Assembly: GCA_023213395.1 (NCBI GenBank)
Contig: CM041465.1
Span: 79,553,741 to 79,617,740, forward strand
Reading direction: 5' to 3'
Origin: Cycas panzhihuaensis
Lineage: Eukaryota; Plantae; Cycadophyta
Length of the DNA stretch: 64,000 bases
A program made the translations under genes and the position numbers. The notes below the pieces were generated by a model. It saw only the letters and a list, made by a program, of their open reading frames with translations, was not told where the DNA came from and made no database searches. This document shows, piece by piece, positions 26,701-41,266 of this stretch; the first letter of the stretch is position 1, and each line of letters opens with the position of its first letter.

Positions 26701-28257
26701 CTGGGGTTCTTCCTATCCTAGTGTTCTTCTTCTTCATCCTCCCTTCCAAGTGGGGTCTGAAGTCCTTTGGTATGTAAGGAAGTCCTTTGGTATGTAAGGT
26801 TTGGTCTATGTTCCCCATTTCTAAGCTTAATAATTTTATGAGTTGGGTTACATTTTCCCATAGTTGTTTGTGCTTCGTATTCATCTAATCATTCATCCTA
26901 GCTAATTCACCATTTAGGCTATCTAACTTTTTGTTAATGTCTTCTTTGGTTACTAAGAGGAAGTTCACCATTTTGTATTTGTTTATGCTTGTTTAGTATT
27001 TAAATATTCATTCTCCTATGGGGTATTCTACTAAAATTTTTTCTAATGGTCTATTGTTAGTGGTCTTTGGGGTAGGGCCAAAGTAATTTATTGTGGGCTA
27101 TGGTGTGTTGGTACTTGTGGATAGATTTGTAGTTGTGTCAGGGATATTGTGCAAGGTAGGTTATGATAGGTTTGAGATCAATGATCATGCTACGGTTAGT
27201 TTAAGGGATTTGTGGCGGGGTTATGGACTTATGGAGAGCTAATTTGGGCTGAGACTGGATATGTAGCCATAACAGGAAGGATTGGTCAGGGTAGAGCTTG
27301 CAGGTGGGCAAGTCTAATGTGAGAGATCTAAGATCTATGGGCAAATCTGCTACAGATGGATCTAAGATGGCATGTCCTAGATTTGCATGGTGTGGAGGTT
27401 TGTGTGTGTGTTGGGGGGGGGGGGGGGAGGGAAGGATATCTACAAATAAATTTGAGCTTTGGAAGGGTTAGTTTGGGGTGCAGGATCAGTGGGGGCATCT
27501 AGGAGCTAGATTGAGTAGGTTTGGGCATATTTGTGAATGTAGAGAAATATCTGAGTAGATTGAGTAGGTCAAGGCATTTGCAAACATAGAGAAATCTATG
27601 AGAGAATTTGGTTTTGAGGTGAGGGAGGTGGTGTTTTAGGTCTACAATTATGGTGAGGTGAGCAAGTACCCTTCTCAGAACCTTGCTTTAATACCAATGT
27701 AGCATTTCTACATCTGTTGATAGATGTGATAAGTGGGGGATGGGGGTGACAACATTGGTAATGGTGGAAACAAACACAAAACTACTATCAATGAGGTATC
27801 GTCGAGCAGCATCTCCATTGAATCCTTGGTGCTATCCTCTTCAAGGCAAGGTGTCCTCCATGAGTGCTCGGAACCCCATGAGACTTCCAATTCTGCCACA
27901 AAAAACAAGATACCTTAGGTTGGGGCCTTTCACAACTATAAATAGGTGTCTCCTCATAATTAGCCAAATGGTTTTGTTCATGGTTAGCTAGAAAGGTTTA
28001 GGCTTGTGTCCTTGGTTGGCCAAGTAAGATAGTACTCCTCTTAGTCAACTAGATAGTTTAGTTTATGGTCGACTAGAAGGGTTTAGGCTTGTCTAGGTTG
28101 ACGAGGGTCATCTCCTTGGGAGTACTATATTATTGTCTTCAAATCTGCATGGCCATGTCAACTACAACTGCAACAAATGCCAAGGGATGTTGTTGGGCAT
28201 ATGAATGCTGGTAGGCCTAGCTAGGGTTGGTCTAGTCTTCACATGTATCTGCTACCA
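23720..28257 (-). mobile_element. Gypsy (chromovirus-type) element, 5' LTR through RNase H, 3' part missing
   Basis: LTR 27698-~28257 (tgtagca/tgctac), PBS rc gctttaatacca 27685-27696, degenerate gag, ILVDSGSTHNFI, SPVVLSQKKDGSYHMCIDFRELNK, KTDHDSLKY. Confidence 0.88.
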
Positions 28258-29482
28258 TAGGAAATTGAAAGATGAATCATGTGTGATCACTCCCCCGTAC
28301 TGAAATCTGGAGTCCATCCTTCAACATAGTACATGATTATTACATTACATTAGTTCCTATGCAGACTTCCCTTCTCACTAATGATGAAGGGGACAATATT
28401 ACATAAAATTTTCAATCAATGTATGGTGTTGCAATTAGGCCTTCATGTGCACCTAAAGGCCAACTACCTAAATTGTATCCTACCTAAGAAAAATCTTAGC
28501 CAAAGAGTTCAAAAGTATTGCAAAATTCAGAGTTTATCCTAATTTCAAAGGGAAACAACAAGTGGAGGGGCATTCCCCAACACACACTACTCAATCAAAC
28601 TACCGATGGAGTATTAAGCTTGGTCTTTAGGTGAGTGTTACCATCCACAACTTCAACCTTTGTATCATGATCAAACATCTGCTACACCAAATTAATCACA
28701 CAAATCCACTCTTCCTCATTAGCGCAACCAAGGTAAAATAAATATTGAAGGACAACTCTGGGAATATTTCTTGAAAGCGTGACTAGAAAAATTTGCCCCT
28801 ACCTTTCTACTTTGGATGTAGGTCTTCATGTTGATAGATGGTTGGATTCGTTAGATCTTCAAGTTAGGATAGCTTTTCCTCTGTCGAAGCAATCTCCAAA
28901 ATTCTCCTCAAAAACCAAAACAATATCAAACACTTTAATGCCAATATTGCCTACTATGTGACCTACTATTTATTCTTTAGAGGAAGATATTGACAATTTC
29001 TTGAAGAAGCTCAGCTACCTACGAAATGAAAATTTTCTTTTACATCTATCTATAATAAATCAAAATTGCAAAAGGGAAACCTATTCTATCATGCCCTACA
29101 GGAACAGGTATATATAAGGACCTAGTTCCTTAACCGTCCTTGGTCAAGCCATAGCATTGGCAAATCTATAAAGTATAACTTTTTATTTTCTAGTTCAATT
29201 CATCCTATCTGATAAGAATGCACAATTTATGCTTCACCAAGTGTGGGGATGCACCATTTCGGTCTCTTAGCTCAACCAGTAGCTTGGTGCTTAAGTTGTA
29301 GTCCATTTGGACTTCAGTTATTTGTCACTTTCTTTCAACACTTCATTCAATTAAAAATCACTCTTTGTTTGTTGCTTGCATAATACAAAAGCAACCAAAT
29401 TACTGAGATGGGTAGTACAAACAGGGAAGCACATGATATGAATGAGGGAAGAATAGGGGGAATAAAATAATGTAAGGGTAGG

Positions 29483-32400
29483 TGTTAGATTTAGATACCT
29501 TTATGACTTCTTTGGAGTACAAGAATTCAATTGGCCAATACATAATTTGCAAGGATGAATACACATTAATGATACAATCTCAAAACAAAATCATCTCTCA
29601 TTAACTTCAACTATGCACTATATATGCATCAATACAAATTATGCACTACATATGCATCAATACAAATTATGCACTATATATGCATAAATACAAATTCTAA
29701 AAGGAATCTAATCTCTAACTAGGTGACATGTGATGTAAGAGTTGTAACCCTTAATGACTCATCACTCACAAATCAATTAAATAATCCTAAGATCTAATAT
29801 TTTACAAAATTTAAGGGAGGCCTCATAACTTAAGTTATGAGCTATGAATAAACATTAATATCAACACTCCCCCTTAATGTTTATTTCATTTTTCCTGACA
29901 CCTAAACCATCCTGGAAAGTTTGAGATCTTTCAGCTACTAGTGGTTTGGTGAAAATGTCATCTGGTTGTTCTTTTGTTGCCTTGTACAACATCTCTATCA
30001 CACATTTTTTAATCAATTCTCGAATAAAGTGATAGTGTACCTCAATGTGTTTGGTGCGAACATGGTACACAAGAATTTTTGCAATCTGCAAGGCACTCTG
30101 ATTGTCATAGTACAAGATAGTTGATTCCAATTGTGGTAGTCCCATGTCCTCCAAAATTTGTTGTGACCAAATGGCTTTAGTAGTTGTTGCAACTATAGCC
30201 TTGTATTTTGCTTCAATCAAGGCTAAAACAAGATTTGATTGCTTTTTACTGCTCCATGTGACAATAACTTATCCTAAACTAAAACAATATCCAGAAATTG
30301 ACCTTCTGCTATCGACACATCTAGCCTAATCAAAATTTGTAAATTCTGTCAACTTGAAATTATCGTTATGTTGGAATTTAATTCCATATCAAATTGTCCT
30401 TTTCAAGTATTTGAGGATTCTTTTTGAAACTTTCCAATGACTATTTTGGTACTATCATAAATCTAGACACTTTTCCAACTGCAAAAGATATATCAAATCT
30501 AGCGGTAATCAAATGTATTAGACTTCCCACCAGTTGCCTATACAATTTTGAATCAACGTCTACTCTACCATTTTCAGTTGTTAATCGAGAATTTATCTTC
30601 ATGGGGGTGGGCATAGGTTTACAATCATCCATTCTAAATTTCTTCAGAATTTTCTAGGTGTACTTTACCTACGAGATGAAGACATGTCCAGGCCTTTGCC
30701 ATACTTCCATACCAAGCAAGTAGCGTAGAGTTCCAAGATCTGCATTCAAGTTTTGATATCATTACCTCTTATCAGTAGATTGTCAATGTACAATGTCACA
30801 AACATGATATTAGTATTTTCTTCTTCCATTTAGAGATTTGAGTCAGTTCAAATTCTCTCAAATCCATTCTTTAGAAAGTACTAATCAATCCTTTCATACT
30901 AGGCTCTAGGATCCTATTTTAGGCCATACAAGGCCTTTCTGAATCAGCGTACCAAGTGCTCTTAACCTTTTTCAACAAAGCCAAGTGGTTGCTCCATGTA
31001 GACTTCTTTATTTAAATTCCCATTCAAAAAAGGCACTTTTCACATCCATCTGGTGTAGTTGCCAATTGAATTGTGTAACTATCACCATAATAATTCAAAT
31101 TATATTCATCTTTGCAACAAGAGCGAATGTTTCTTGGTAGTCGATCCCTTCTAGCTGCTTGAAGCCTTTCGCTACAAGTCGAGCTTTGTATTTGTTTACA
31201 TAGTCATCAAATTTGAACTTTTTCTTGTAGATCTATTTGCATCCAATTGAATGCTTTCCAATAGGCAATTTGACCAAATTTCATATGTGGTTCTTCTTGA
31301 CAGCTTGGATTTCAGATTCCATAGTTTCATTTCACTTTTTCTCCTTGAATGCTTCTTCAATCATTGATGGTTCACTTGAATCCAATACACATGCCATAAG
31401 AGCTATGTTCTCTTGTTTATAAGGTCGCATTTTTTATTTTCGCTTTCCTTCAGAATCAGGGAACAATTTTTCAGCGTCCATAGATTTTGTGTACCATTTC
31501 AAAAACTTTTTCTATGAAGATGAAGGTGTCAAATCAAACAGTTTTTATAGCTTCAATTTTAGGTCTCTCTTTGCCTTCTTTTTAGATTTAACTTTTGAAG
31601 ACTACAAAGATTCCAACTCTACTTCATCACCTATATCAAATGACTTATATTTAAGTTGAACAATATCACATGAAGTACTGCACTTAGGTGGTTCTTCAAC
31701 CTGATCTTCAAGCTTAACTGAATCAACATCTCGAACCTCATCTTCCTAAAAAGGTAACATCATGAGTTGTATGAACTTTTTGAGTTGACAACTCGTATGC
31801 TCTGTACACTTTGCTTTCTTTAGAGTATCCAACAAGGATTCACTTTATGCTTTTGTAGTCCAACTTTCGTCATTTTTCCTTTGGAATATACATGTACACA
31901 TTACATCCAAAGATTCTCCAATGACTTATAGTTGGTTTCCTATATGTCCAAGCTCCCTCAGTTGTCATGTTCATCACAATCCTTGTAGTGCATCTGTTCG
32001 TTAGGTATGTTGCTCTATTCACAACTTCTACCCATAAGAAATTAGTAATGTCCTTGCCTCCTATCATCACTTTGGCTTTTCCAACCAAAGTTCTATTTAT
32101 CCATTCAACAACTCCATTTTGCTGAGGTGTGTAGGTAGTAGCAAACTGCTTTTGAATTCCATAATCATTATAGAATTGGATGAATTCATTTGAAGTGTAC
32201 TCTCTGCTATTTTCAGTTTGCAGGACCTTAATCTTGTGTCCACTCTTATTCTCCACCAACTCCTTAAACTATTTGAAATAAGTGAAGGCTTGTGATTTTT
32301 CCCTCAATGGAAAAATCCAGATTTTTTTTGCAAAGTCATCAATGAAAGTGATGAAATATCCCACTCCACCGAGCGACATGACACATATTGGTCCATAAAT

Positions 32401-35400
32401 GTCAGAGTAAACCAGATGAAAGTGTGGTCCACACTTTCTTGTTCGAAAACGGTTCTCTATGTTACTCACCAACAATACAGAGTTCACATAAACAACTTTT
32501 ATTGTTAAGCAAAGGTAGACGGTGAATCATTTTCAATTTATATATCAATTAGAGATTAAGTAGTTCAAATGGTCCATTCTTTTATGCCATGCTTTTTGCT
32601 TAGACGATATAGTAAGGAATGCTCTCTATACATAAGAGTATCCTTGTAATTTTTACATATTATTCTCTTTAAGTCCTATGTCTACAACCTTGTTCTGTTT
32701 GTCTCAAACCATGCATTGTCCTCAAGCAAATGTTACATTCATATCTTATTGTTTAATTTCACCAATTGAAACAAGATTCACCCTCATATTTGGTACATAC
32801 AAGACATTTTCCAAATGTTGTTTATCACCATTTAATAGAATAAATGATATTTTTCTAATTCCAATTGCCTCCAACTTGATATCATCTCCACTAGTTACTT
32901 TATGATTCACCTGCCACATCTCACTAAACCATTACAACCTTCTTGTCATATGTTCTGATGCACTTGAATCAATGAACCATACATCCAATGCAGTAGAACC
33001 AAGTTTATATGTGACAAAAAACAATCATGTTGTGACTGTGTTATATTTCTCTTCAATTGAGTCCATCACATGACCATGTTGTCTAGGTGGTCTTGTTGTC
33101 ATTGTTGCTGCTTTTGTTGTTGGCATTGATTTTGAGGTTGTTGAGAGCATTGTTGTCACTACCATACCCAACAATCCTTCTTGATTTTACCTAACTTCCC
33201 ACAATGATAACATTTTAGCCTATATTATCCCTTTGATGCTCTTGGTTTGCCCTTTTGAACTGCAGCTATACATCCAGTGCAGTAGAACCCATTTTATATG
33301 TGACAAAAAACAATCATGTTGTGACTATGTTATATTTCTCTTCAACTGAGTCCATCACATGACCATGTTGTCCAGGTGGTCATTGTTGTTGCTTTTGTTG
33401 TTGGGATTGATTTTGAGGTTGTTGAGAGCATTATTGTCACTACCATACCCAACAATCCTTCTTGATGTGACCTAACTTCCCACAATGATAACATTTTAGC
33501 CTATATTATCCCTTTGATGCTCTTGGTTTTCCCTTTTGAACTGCAGCTTCAAAAGGTGCATTCTTCTTTGGAATATAATCTTGTTTACCTTTAGATTTTG
33601 ATCCTAGTGCTCCAAAAGATTTACCACACGTGTTTCAATTTTTTTTCATGTTCCATAACCAAGGATTCCAAAGATCCAATCGTTAGAGTGGACAATTTGT
33701 CAGATAGGGTCAATGTGGTTATGAGGTTCTCATATGGGAGTGGTAGACTCCCCAACACATAAGCTATTATTTCTAAATCAAGAAAGATCTCCTCAATTAT
33801 TAACAATTGATCTTGAATTGATTTAACATGAGATCCATTATATTTTTTGTCATCTTCAGTGTATACAACTCACTCCACAGGTTTAAGGCTCCCACGTCGT
33901 CCTTGTGTTTAAAATGGTTCATGATTGTGTCCCACATCTGCCTCGGTGTAGTAGCATCCCTGATGTTCAAAATGATGTTGCCACTTATAAATAGGTTGAG
34001 AAATTTGAATGTTATCCTCATCTTTGATTGATACTCAACATTGAAGTTAGCATCTGTCTTTAGCTTGTTTTGGAAGTCAATGATCTCGTTAGCATCCTTT
34101 CCCATTATAGAATTGCATATGTACTTAGATCATTCAGGTGAAAGAAACTATGCATTTGATGTTTTCAGACTATATAATTTTCAGAACCAATTAATTTTTC
34201 TATGATAGTTCCCATTATGCTTTCTCCAGAAGCCACTTTAAACAAAAAAATAGATTGAAATGATTAAAAATCAACTAAACAAGCATAGAAATAAAAAGTG
34301 AAAGTTGTAAATGATGTCAGCCTACACGTAGATAGCTAGTATGATTATTTTTACTGCTTCAGTCTACTCGCAGGTAGCTAGAATATACTAGAAAACACAA
34401 AAAAGAAGATTTGTCACCAAGGTTTTGTATCGAATACCTGCATATGGCTACTACTAGATCATAGATCTTGAAAAATCATGCACCATGGTATATTTATTTT
34501 CCAAAAACTAGCTCTGGATGGTCCAAAAATGGCTCTGGCTCCCAAAACACCATAGGCAAGGGGCTTTGCATTGGACTTCAAATAAAAACCCAATTTGATT
34601 TAATATCACTTAAACTTTAGAAAACATTAAATATATTTTAACCAAAATTTAGTAGAGAATATTCTCTAAAACAACCTAGGCGATGTTGGCACTCTCTATA
34701 GAAATCAGTTTTTTGGACAAACAGAGCCGTTTTTTCCTAAAATAACTCTACCATTGCATTGTGAAGCTGTCAAGGATCAGAATGATAGGTCAATGTTAGG
34801 GGTTTCATTGAATCTTTGATGATTGGGCATGCAAAAATGGTCATCTCCCTCCTATGTTGGTGTTTGGCTTTTCATGAGTAAAATTTCTCATTTGAGAGTA
34901 GATTTGGCCCTGTACCTTGTCAATAATTTATGCATGCTACCTCATTTATCCTACAACAGGTCTATATTCAACATACATTGATTTCAACTATGTTGGGCAT
35001 TCTATGAGTGATTTGTCTTGCCATTTGGGTGCCCTTTTTCCTCTATTCTTCTTCATTTTGCATCCTCTGGTTCTCAAATGCCTGTGAAACTCTACAAAGT
35101 GCTATTTGTGACCGATTTACTACTTGCTAAGTGGTTTGTTGGGCTTACAATGAGTAAGTTTATCTTTTGCGTCACCATTTGGGCATACAATTTTCCATGG
35201 ATGTATCGACTTCACAAGCTTAGATTTTTCTCTAAATTGAGTTCTGATATGATGTCTTGGCTCTTCTGAGATGGGCATCTGTGTTAGATTGAAATTTTGT
35301 TGCCAAACAATTGAGTTTTTTGCATTCCAAGTTGTTGCAAGTCACCTTTTTTCACGTAGGTCACACAGTAATGAAAAATATGAAGAAATTTGATATATTT

Positions 35401-36677
35401 ATAAAGTTTGCAAACTTTATATTATGTCTTTTGGGATATTCTCCAAGAATATACCCATTTTACTAATCCTTCGCTTTGTAAAGTTTGCAAAATAAATTTT
35501 TTAATGTATTTTTCATTAAACTTTTTTAGTATTTTGCCATTTGATCATCTTTCAACATATTTTCACTTCGATCATTTTAGATATTCAATAGCATTTTCTT
35601 CTCGGTGTTCTTAGTCACTTCAATAGAGGATATTTAGCCCTCTTGGTTGCCCAATATTTTTAACAGAGATCCTTCATTTTTTTTTTTACTACCCATTTAA
35701 TCACTATAATCGATGTTTAACGAAGATTTAATACTCAATCTTTTAGCTTTCAACAGAGGTCAAATTTTCTTCTCATAGCCTTCATGTAGTTGCACTTTGT
35801 TTGGATTTGTTTGCATATGATTTCTGAGATTGCATGTCATTGATCTTGCAAAAGGTGTCAGTCTACCTGTTTGTATGTCGTCAATTCAACCTGCATGTCT
35901 ATGTTCAAAGCCCTACATGTCACTGTTAAATAGTGTATAATCTATTCAATAAAATGAGCATAAATTTGAGCTAAAAAAACACTCTATATATCTGCATGTC
36001 AGTGATTAACAAATGCATGTAAAATAATTTTAAAAAACTTCATATAATAAACATTGTAGAGTTTAGTGCAAAATTAAAAAAGATGTAATGAAATAGACTG
36101 AATAGGTATCTTCAACCTATTAAAAATTATATCATTGAATTTTTAACAAACAAGCATTTGCAATTTGTTAGTGGATACTCCCCTTTGAAGAAAATTACTA
36201 GTTTTGTCTACTCAACAGTACTCATATGACTGTGTTTGAAAACAATCATTATAGGGGAGTGCCTATGCCTGGACACCTACAACCTACAACATTCAACATT
36301 CTATAAAACTTGCTAAAAAGGGAAATTATTCATCTTCCTAAACAATAACACAATATGTAACAACACTAAAATCTAGCTCTGATACCATGTAAGTTGTTAA
36401 ACATTAAATCTAGCAGGCATGGAGATTAAACTTTATAAGATTCACTATTAATTTAACATGAAAATTACATTCACATTAATTAAACAATCTCAAAGTAAAA
36501 TCATCTCTCATTTACTTCAACTATGCACTATATGTGCATAAATATAAATTCTAAAAAGAATCTAATCCATAACTAGATGACACATGTGATGTGAGAGTTG
36601 TAACCCCCAATGACTCATCACTCACAAATCAATTAAATAATCCTAAGATCTAATATTTTATAAAAGTTTAAAGGGAG
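29483..36677 (-). mobile_element. Copia element C, complete degenerate gag-pol with ~2.1-kb 5' leader
   Basis: 3' LTR 29483-29866 and PPT ctccccctt at 29867. RH (TKHIEVHYHFIRE), RT, INT (TPQQNGVVE), PR (WFIDSSASEHMT), CCHC knuckle and gag ATG ~34215. PBS rc gctctgatacca 36376-36387. The LTR from 36388 is interrupted at 36677. Confidence 0.93.
32979..33548. repeat. Tandem duplication (~289 + ~281 bp) of the gag zinc-knuckle/Gln-rich segment
   Basis: atacatcca(a/g)tgcagtagaacc...ttgaactgcagct occurs at 32979-33267 and again at 33268-33548. Confidence 0.92.
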
Positions 36678-38079
36678 TGTTACAACCCCCTCTTAAATCT
36701 AATTAATATAGTTAATAATTAATTTTCTTTAATATTGGAAAGGGTATGATTGAAAGGCCACAACCTTTTGAATAAGCATCATACCACCTATAAAAATATG
36801 AATCCTAACATAAATAATCATCATTCATTTTTTATCAATCAAATATATCTAACCATTTGGCTAGAAAATCTCTTCAAGTGCTCCTGTGTACTCATGTATT
36901 TTCTTAGACTTGGCATTTTTCTTCATGATACAAATTGGGTTCATAACAATTGGTATCAGAGCAATTCTATTCTTTGGCATATTAATTACTTAGTAAAACA
37001 CCCTTACTCACCCTCTATTTGTGTGAAAATCTCTTCTCAAAGCAAGTTTTGGATAATTAGTCACCTGTCTCAATTTTGATCCTGATCCAATATACATTGT
37101 GGTGGTGTGCAAATGACAATAAATGGATAAATAGTGGCATATCATAAGTAGCATAGATATATATATTCTGGCTTTGATAAACCCTATCAAGCGTGCAAGA
37201 AAGGTGGTAGATGAGAGCAACAATGGAACAATACCCTAGGAGAAGTTCCTTTTCGTCAATGGCCTCCTATTAAAATATATTGAAATATATATTGTAACGT
37301 CAACTCACAAGTGGCCTGCTTATAATCGTTGATTTGTACACGTTAAGCAACAGTTAACAAGCCCATGTCTGCAATCGTGAAGGTTGCCCAACAACGCACC
37401 TTTTAGCAAGAACGTAATTAGAGCTTAGAATAACAATTTTGGTTAACAACGAGAGCTTCTGGGAGGCATACATATTAGTGCCAACCATAGGCCAAATGTA
37501 TAATTGTATGCAAAATAAATTGAATGACCTACAACTTAGCTTACCTTCGTGCTTGCAAGAATAATGAATGGTGTCGACTACATATTATTAAACTGACTTG
37601 TTAGATCAATACTAAAATGAACGACGTTGCTTGCCTTTGCATCGAGGTTGCTGCAAATAATAATACCCCCATAGATAGATGTATATACGATATCATTGAT
37701 ATCTCGACTCAACATCCTTCATTTTGTCTGATTCCTTGACTTCAGTCCTAGTCCGTTAAGTTTTGGTCACCATATATATATATATAGACTACGTCCCGTG
37801 CTCTTCTATCATTTGGTCCTAGTTGCAAAGGTTCTGGTCCCATGCACTTCGATCTGGTTTTCTGTCGTCCGGTCTTGGTCATGAGGATTTTGGTTCCATG
37901 CTCCTCCTTATAGTTATATAATATATATTATATTATATATTATTGCCTACACAAACCTTAAGTCATATCTCCAAATATATTTTCCAATATAATATATATT
38001 CATTTTATATTTATCCTATAGTCATTTGTATCATCACTTAGTATAAGTTATCTATAAGTATTTATATCTTTTATACTGT

Positions 38080-38081
<2 letters not shown>

Positions 38082-38114
<33 letters not shown>
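38082..38114. repeat. (TA)n microsatellite in the chromovirus 5' leader
   Basis: Direct reading. Confidence 0.85.
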
Positions 38115-38118
<4 letters not shown>

Positions 38119-40749
38119 ACTCACTATTAAAGGTTACACAGTCACCATATATTGTATAAGAACTAGGACCTCCATATATTTTAATGTAAATTATCAACAT
38201 AGTATTATGCTTTCCAAGGTGACCAAAAACCAACACAGCTTCCTTAAGATCTAATATAGTACATTGTCTAAGCTAATTTAACATGGGTAATAAGCAGAAA
38301 AAGGGTAGTGATAGATCTTCCAACCTGCAAAGGGTATCTTACATTTTGTGTTTCGTGCCCATATAAATCTGACAAGCACCTACAGCAACAGAAGACAATT
38401 GGTAGAATCGTACCTATACCATTATAAAATAAATGAACATTGAAGAAATGGCTGACAGTTCAATCCAAAAAGATATAGTAGAACTTATTATCTAAGCAGT
38501 TCATGAAGCATTTCAAAAGTTGAATGCACTCTTAAACTACATCTTACATCAGATCTTAGACAAATTAACAATCATGGTATCATGCAGAAAAGAAGACATA
38601 ATTGTCTTTGACTCAGAAAACAAAGGAATTAGTCACCAGTCATATGCTAGAACCCAAATTACAAGAGATCATTCTAGGCCTTGAATAACTCAAGTTAAGC
38701 TCAACAATGAAACTATCAGGAAATATCTTAATGATGACCAAAATCTAACACCTGAAGAACAAAAAATGGTTGGATTTCAAGTATATTTCAACTATTTATA
38801 AATCATACAATCACAAAAAAAGAAATAGCTAAAAAAATTTGCAATACAATGTTTTAGTATTGAGCAGAAGACACATGAATCAAGAGTATGGATTTAACAA
38901 ATGGAAAACTTTTGTTTAGTTGAAATTGAGCCAACTAAACAAGCTTCTTTAGCAACCCTACACATGGATGGAATAACATGCAAATGGTGGCAGTGTTTAG
39001 AATGTACCACACTTCGAAACCAATTGCCAACATGGAAAGAATTTGTCTACTTATTTATTGAAAGATTCAAAGTTATAACCAATCGTGATTATTATTGTGA
39101 ATTGCGAAAATTAAGACAAATAGGATTTGTAGAAGAATATAGCATGGCATTCACTAAGTTGAGCCATGTATTAGAAGACATCTTGACTAGTAAACTCTTT
39201 CAATTATACATTGATGGCTTAATAATAGAAATCCAAGCCGATGTAAAGATTAAAGAACTAAAAGATCTTAATAAATCAATACAACTCACTAGAATATAGG
39301 AAGATAAGATCAACAAGTTATGAAAAGCTAAAACAAGACCCTATATCCCTCCTTTTGCTCAATCTATTACATCACCAACTATTCACCACAACCCCTTGTC
39401 AACCAGATCCTATCAGCCAACTAGACTTGTACTTCAAAGAACAAGAGCAGACTAAGGAGATTTAATTGGAAAAAAACCTATGTTTTAGATATATCAAAAA
39501 GTGGGTTCCAAGTCACAAATGTTAGAAAAATTATATACGATTGCGTTGTCTCCCGTAGTAGAGAACGAAGAATATCAAGAAGAAGAAAATCCAGAAATAA
39601 TTCAAAAAAATTATCATGAATCACAAGAAGATTGCTACAATCACGAGCATGACATTCCAAGAATGTCATTTTCAACTATGAGTAGTCTCGCGAGATTAGA
39701 TACATTAAAACTACGAGATTTCATAAAAAATCAAGTTGTTATGATATCGATTGATCCAAGAAGCACTCTACATTTCATAGATAGAATCTCAACTCAACAT
39801 TTAAAATTATTTCCATCAAACACTTTGCTTTTTCAAACAAGTTTTGGGAGACGACAAGTTATATCAGGACAAGGCATAATGAAAAACCATAAAATCATGA
39901 TAGGTGATGTTACTATTAAGAAAAATTCTTACATGCTTGATGTAGGAGGAGTAGACGTTGTTCTACAAAGTCAGTGGTTTAGAGCACTTGAAACCTTTGA
40001 AATGAACTTGGATGAATTATTTATGAGAGATGAGAAAGAAGGTAGGACTATTGTTCTTCAAGGAGAAAGACTAGGGAGTAGTCAACTGATATTGTGTGAG
40101 CATATAGAAAAACTAATTAAAAAGGGATATCCAGGTGTAGTGGCTCAACTTTTTTCAATTCAAGTAGAAATGATACCAACAACAAAAGAAAAGGAGCTTT
40201 AAAGAATTATCCAAAAACATAAGGAAGTCTTTCAAAACCTTCCAACAAAGTTACCCTCAGATAGAGGGATGGAACATCAAATTGAGCTTGAAGCTAGCAT
40301 TAACCCAATTGTTATTCAGCTGTATCAACAACCACATAATTATTGAAATAAAACTGAAAATTTTGTGCAAGAATTACTAGATCTTGTGGCAATATTCCCT
40401 TGTAAGATTTCATTTGTGGCTCCTATAGTATTAGTAAGGAAAAGGGATGGATCTTAACATATGTACATAGATTATCGAGCATTAAACATGGTTACAATAA
40501 AACATAAGTTCCCCATACCAAGGACTGATGAGTTATTGGATGAATTACAAGGAGCAGAGTATTTCTCAAAAATAGATTTAAGATCTGGATATTGCTTTCA
40601 ACACACATCACAATCATTATGAATTCTGAGTAATGCCTTTCGACCTTACCAGTGCACTGATCACATTCTAAGCTATTAAGAATAAAGTTCTTAATTCCTT
40701 CCTACGGAAATTTGTTTTAATCTTTTTGATGATATATTAATGTTTAGCA

Positions 40750-41266
40750 AAAAGTGGGAAGAACATGTAAACCATATAGACCACGTGTTAAGCATTCTAA
40801 AGGAGCAAAAGTTCTTGCAAATAAATCAAAGTGTTACTTTGACAAAAAGGAAATAAAATATTTAGTACATCTTATCTCAAAAGAAGGGATAAAAATGGAT
40901 CTAGAAAAGGTCAAGGCCAATCAAGAATGGTCCACACCTAAAAATATCACTAAACTCTGAGGTTTCTTAGGATTAATAGGGTATTATTGATGTTTTATTA
41001 AAATTGTGCAAAAAATTACCACCCTAACCCGCCCATTGAAAAAGGATTCCTTCCAATGGAATGAAGAAGCAACAACATGTTTTGAATAGCTCAAATTGAT
41101 TATGACCTATCTTCTGGTTCTAACTTCACCAAACTTCTCTGGAATTTTCGCAATAGAATGTGATGCTTCAAGGATAGGGATTGGTTTAGTATTAATGTAG
41201 GAAGTAAAGCCCATTGCATTTGAAAGTATAAAATTAAACAATAGAGACCAACTCAAGCCTACTTAT
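40750..41266 (+). repeat. 517-bp direct duplication, left copy (RT/RNase H of the host chromovirus)
   Basis: Matches 45849-46365 with ~9 substitutions and no indels. Confidence 0.95.

Noticed and set aside
27400-27432. GT repeat plus ~15-G run (possible G-quadruplex)
   Set aside because: A simple homopolymer in a retroelement leader, prone to slippage and sequencing error.
37293-38138. Possible solo LTR (tgtaac...gttaca) in the chromovirus leader
   Set aside because: The flanks tatat/cagtc are not a TSD and no second copy is present.
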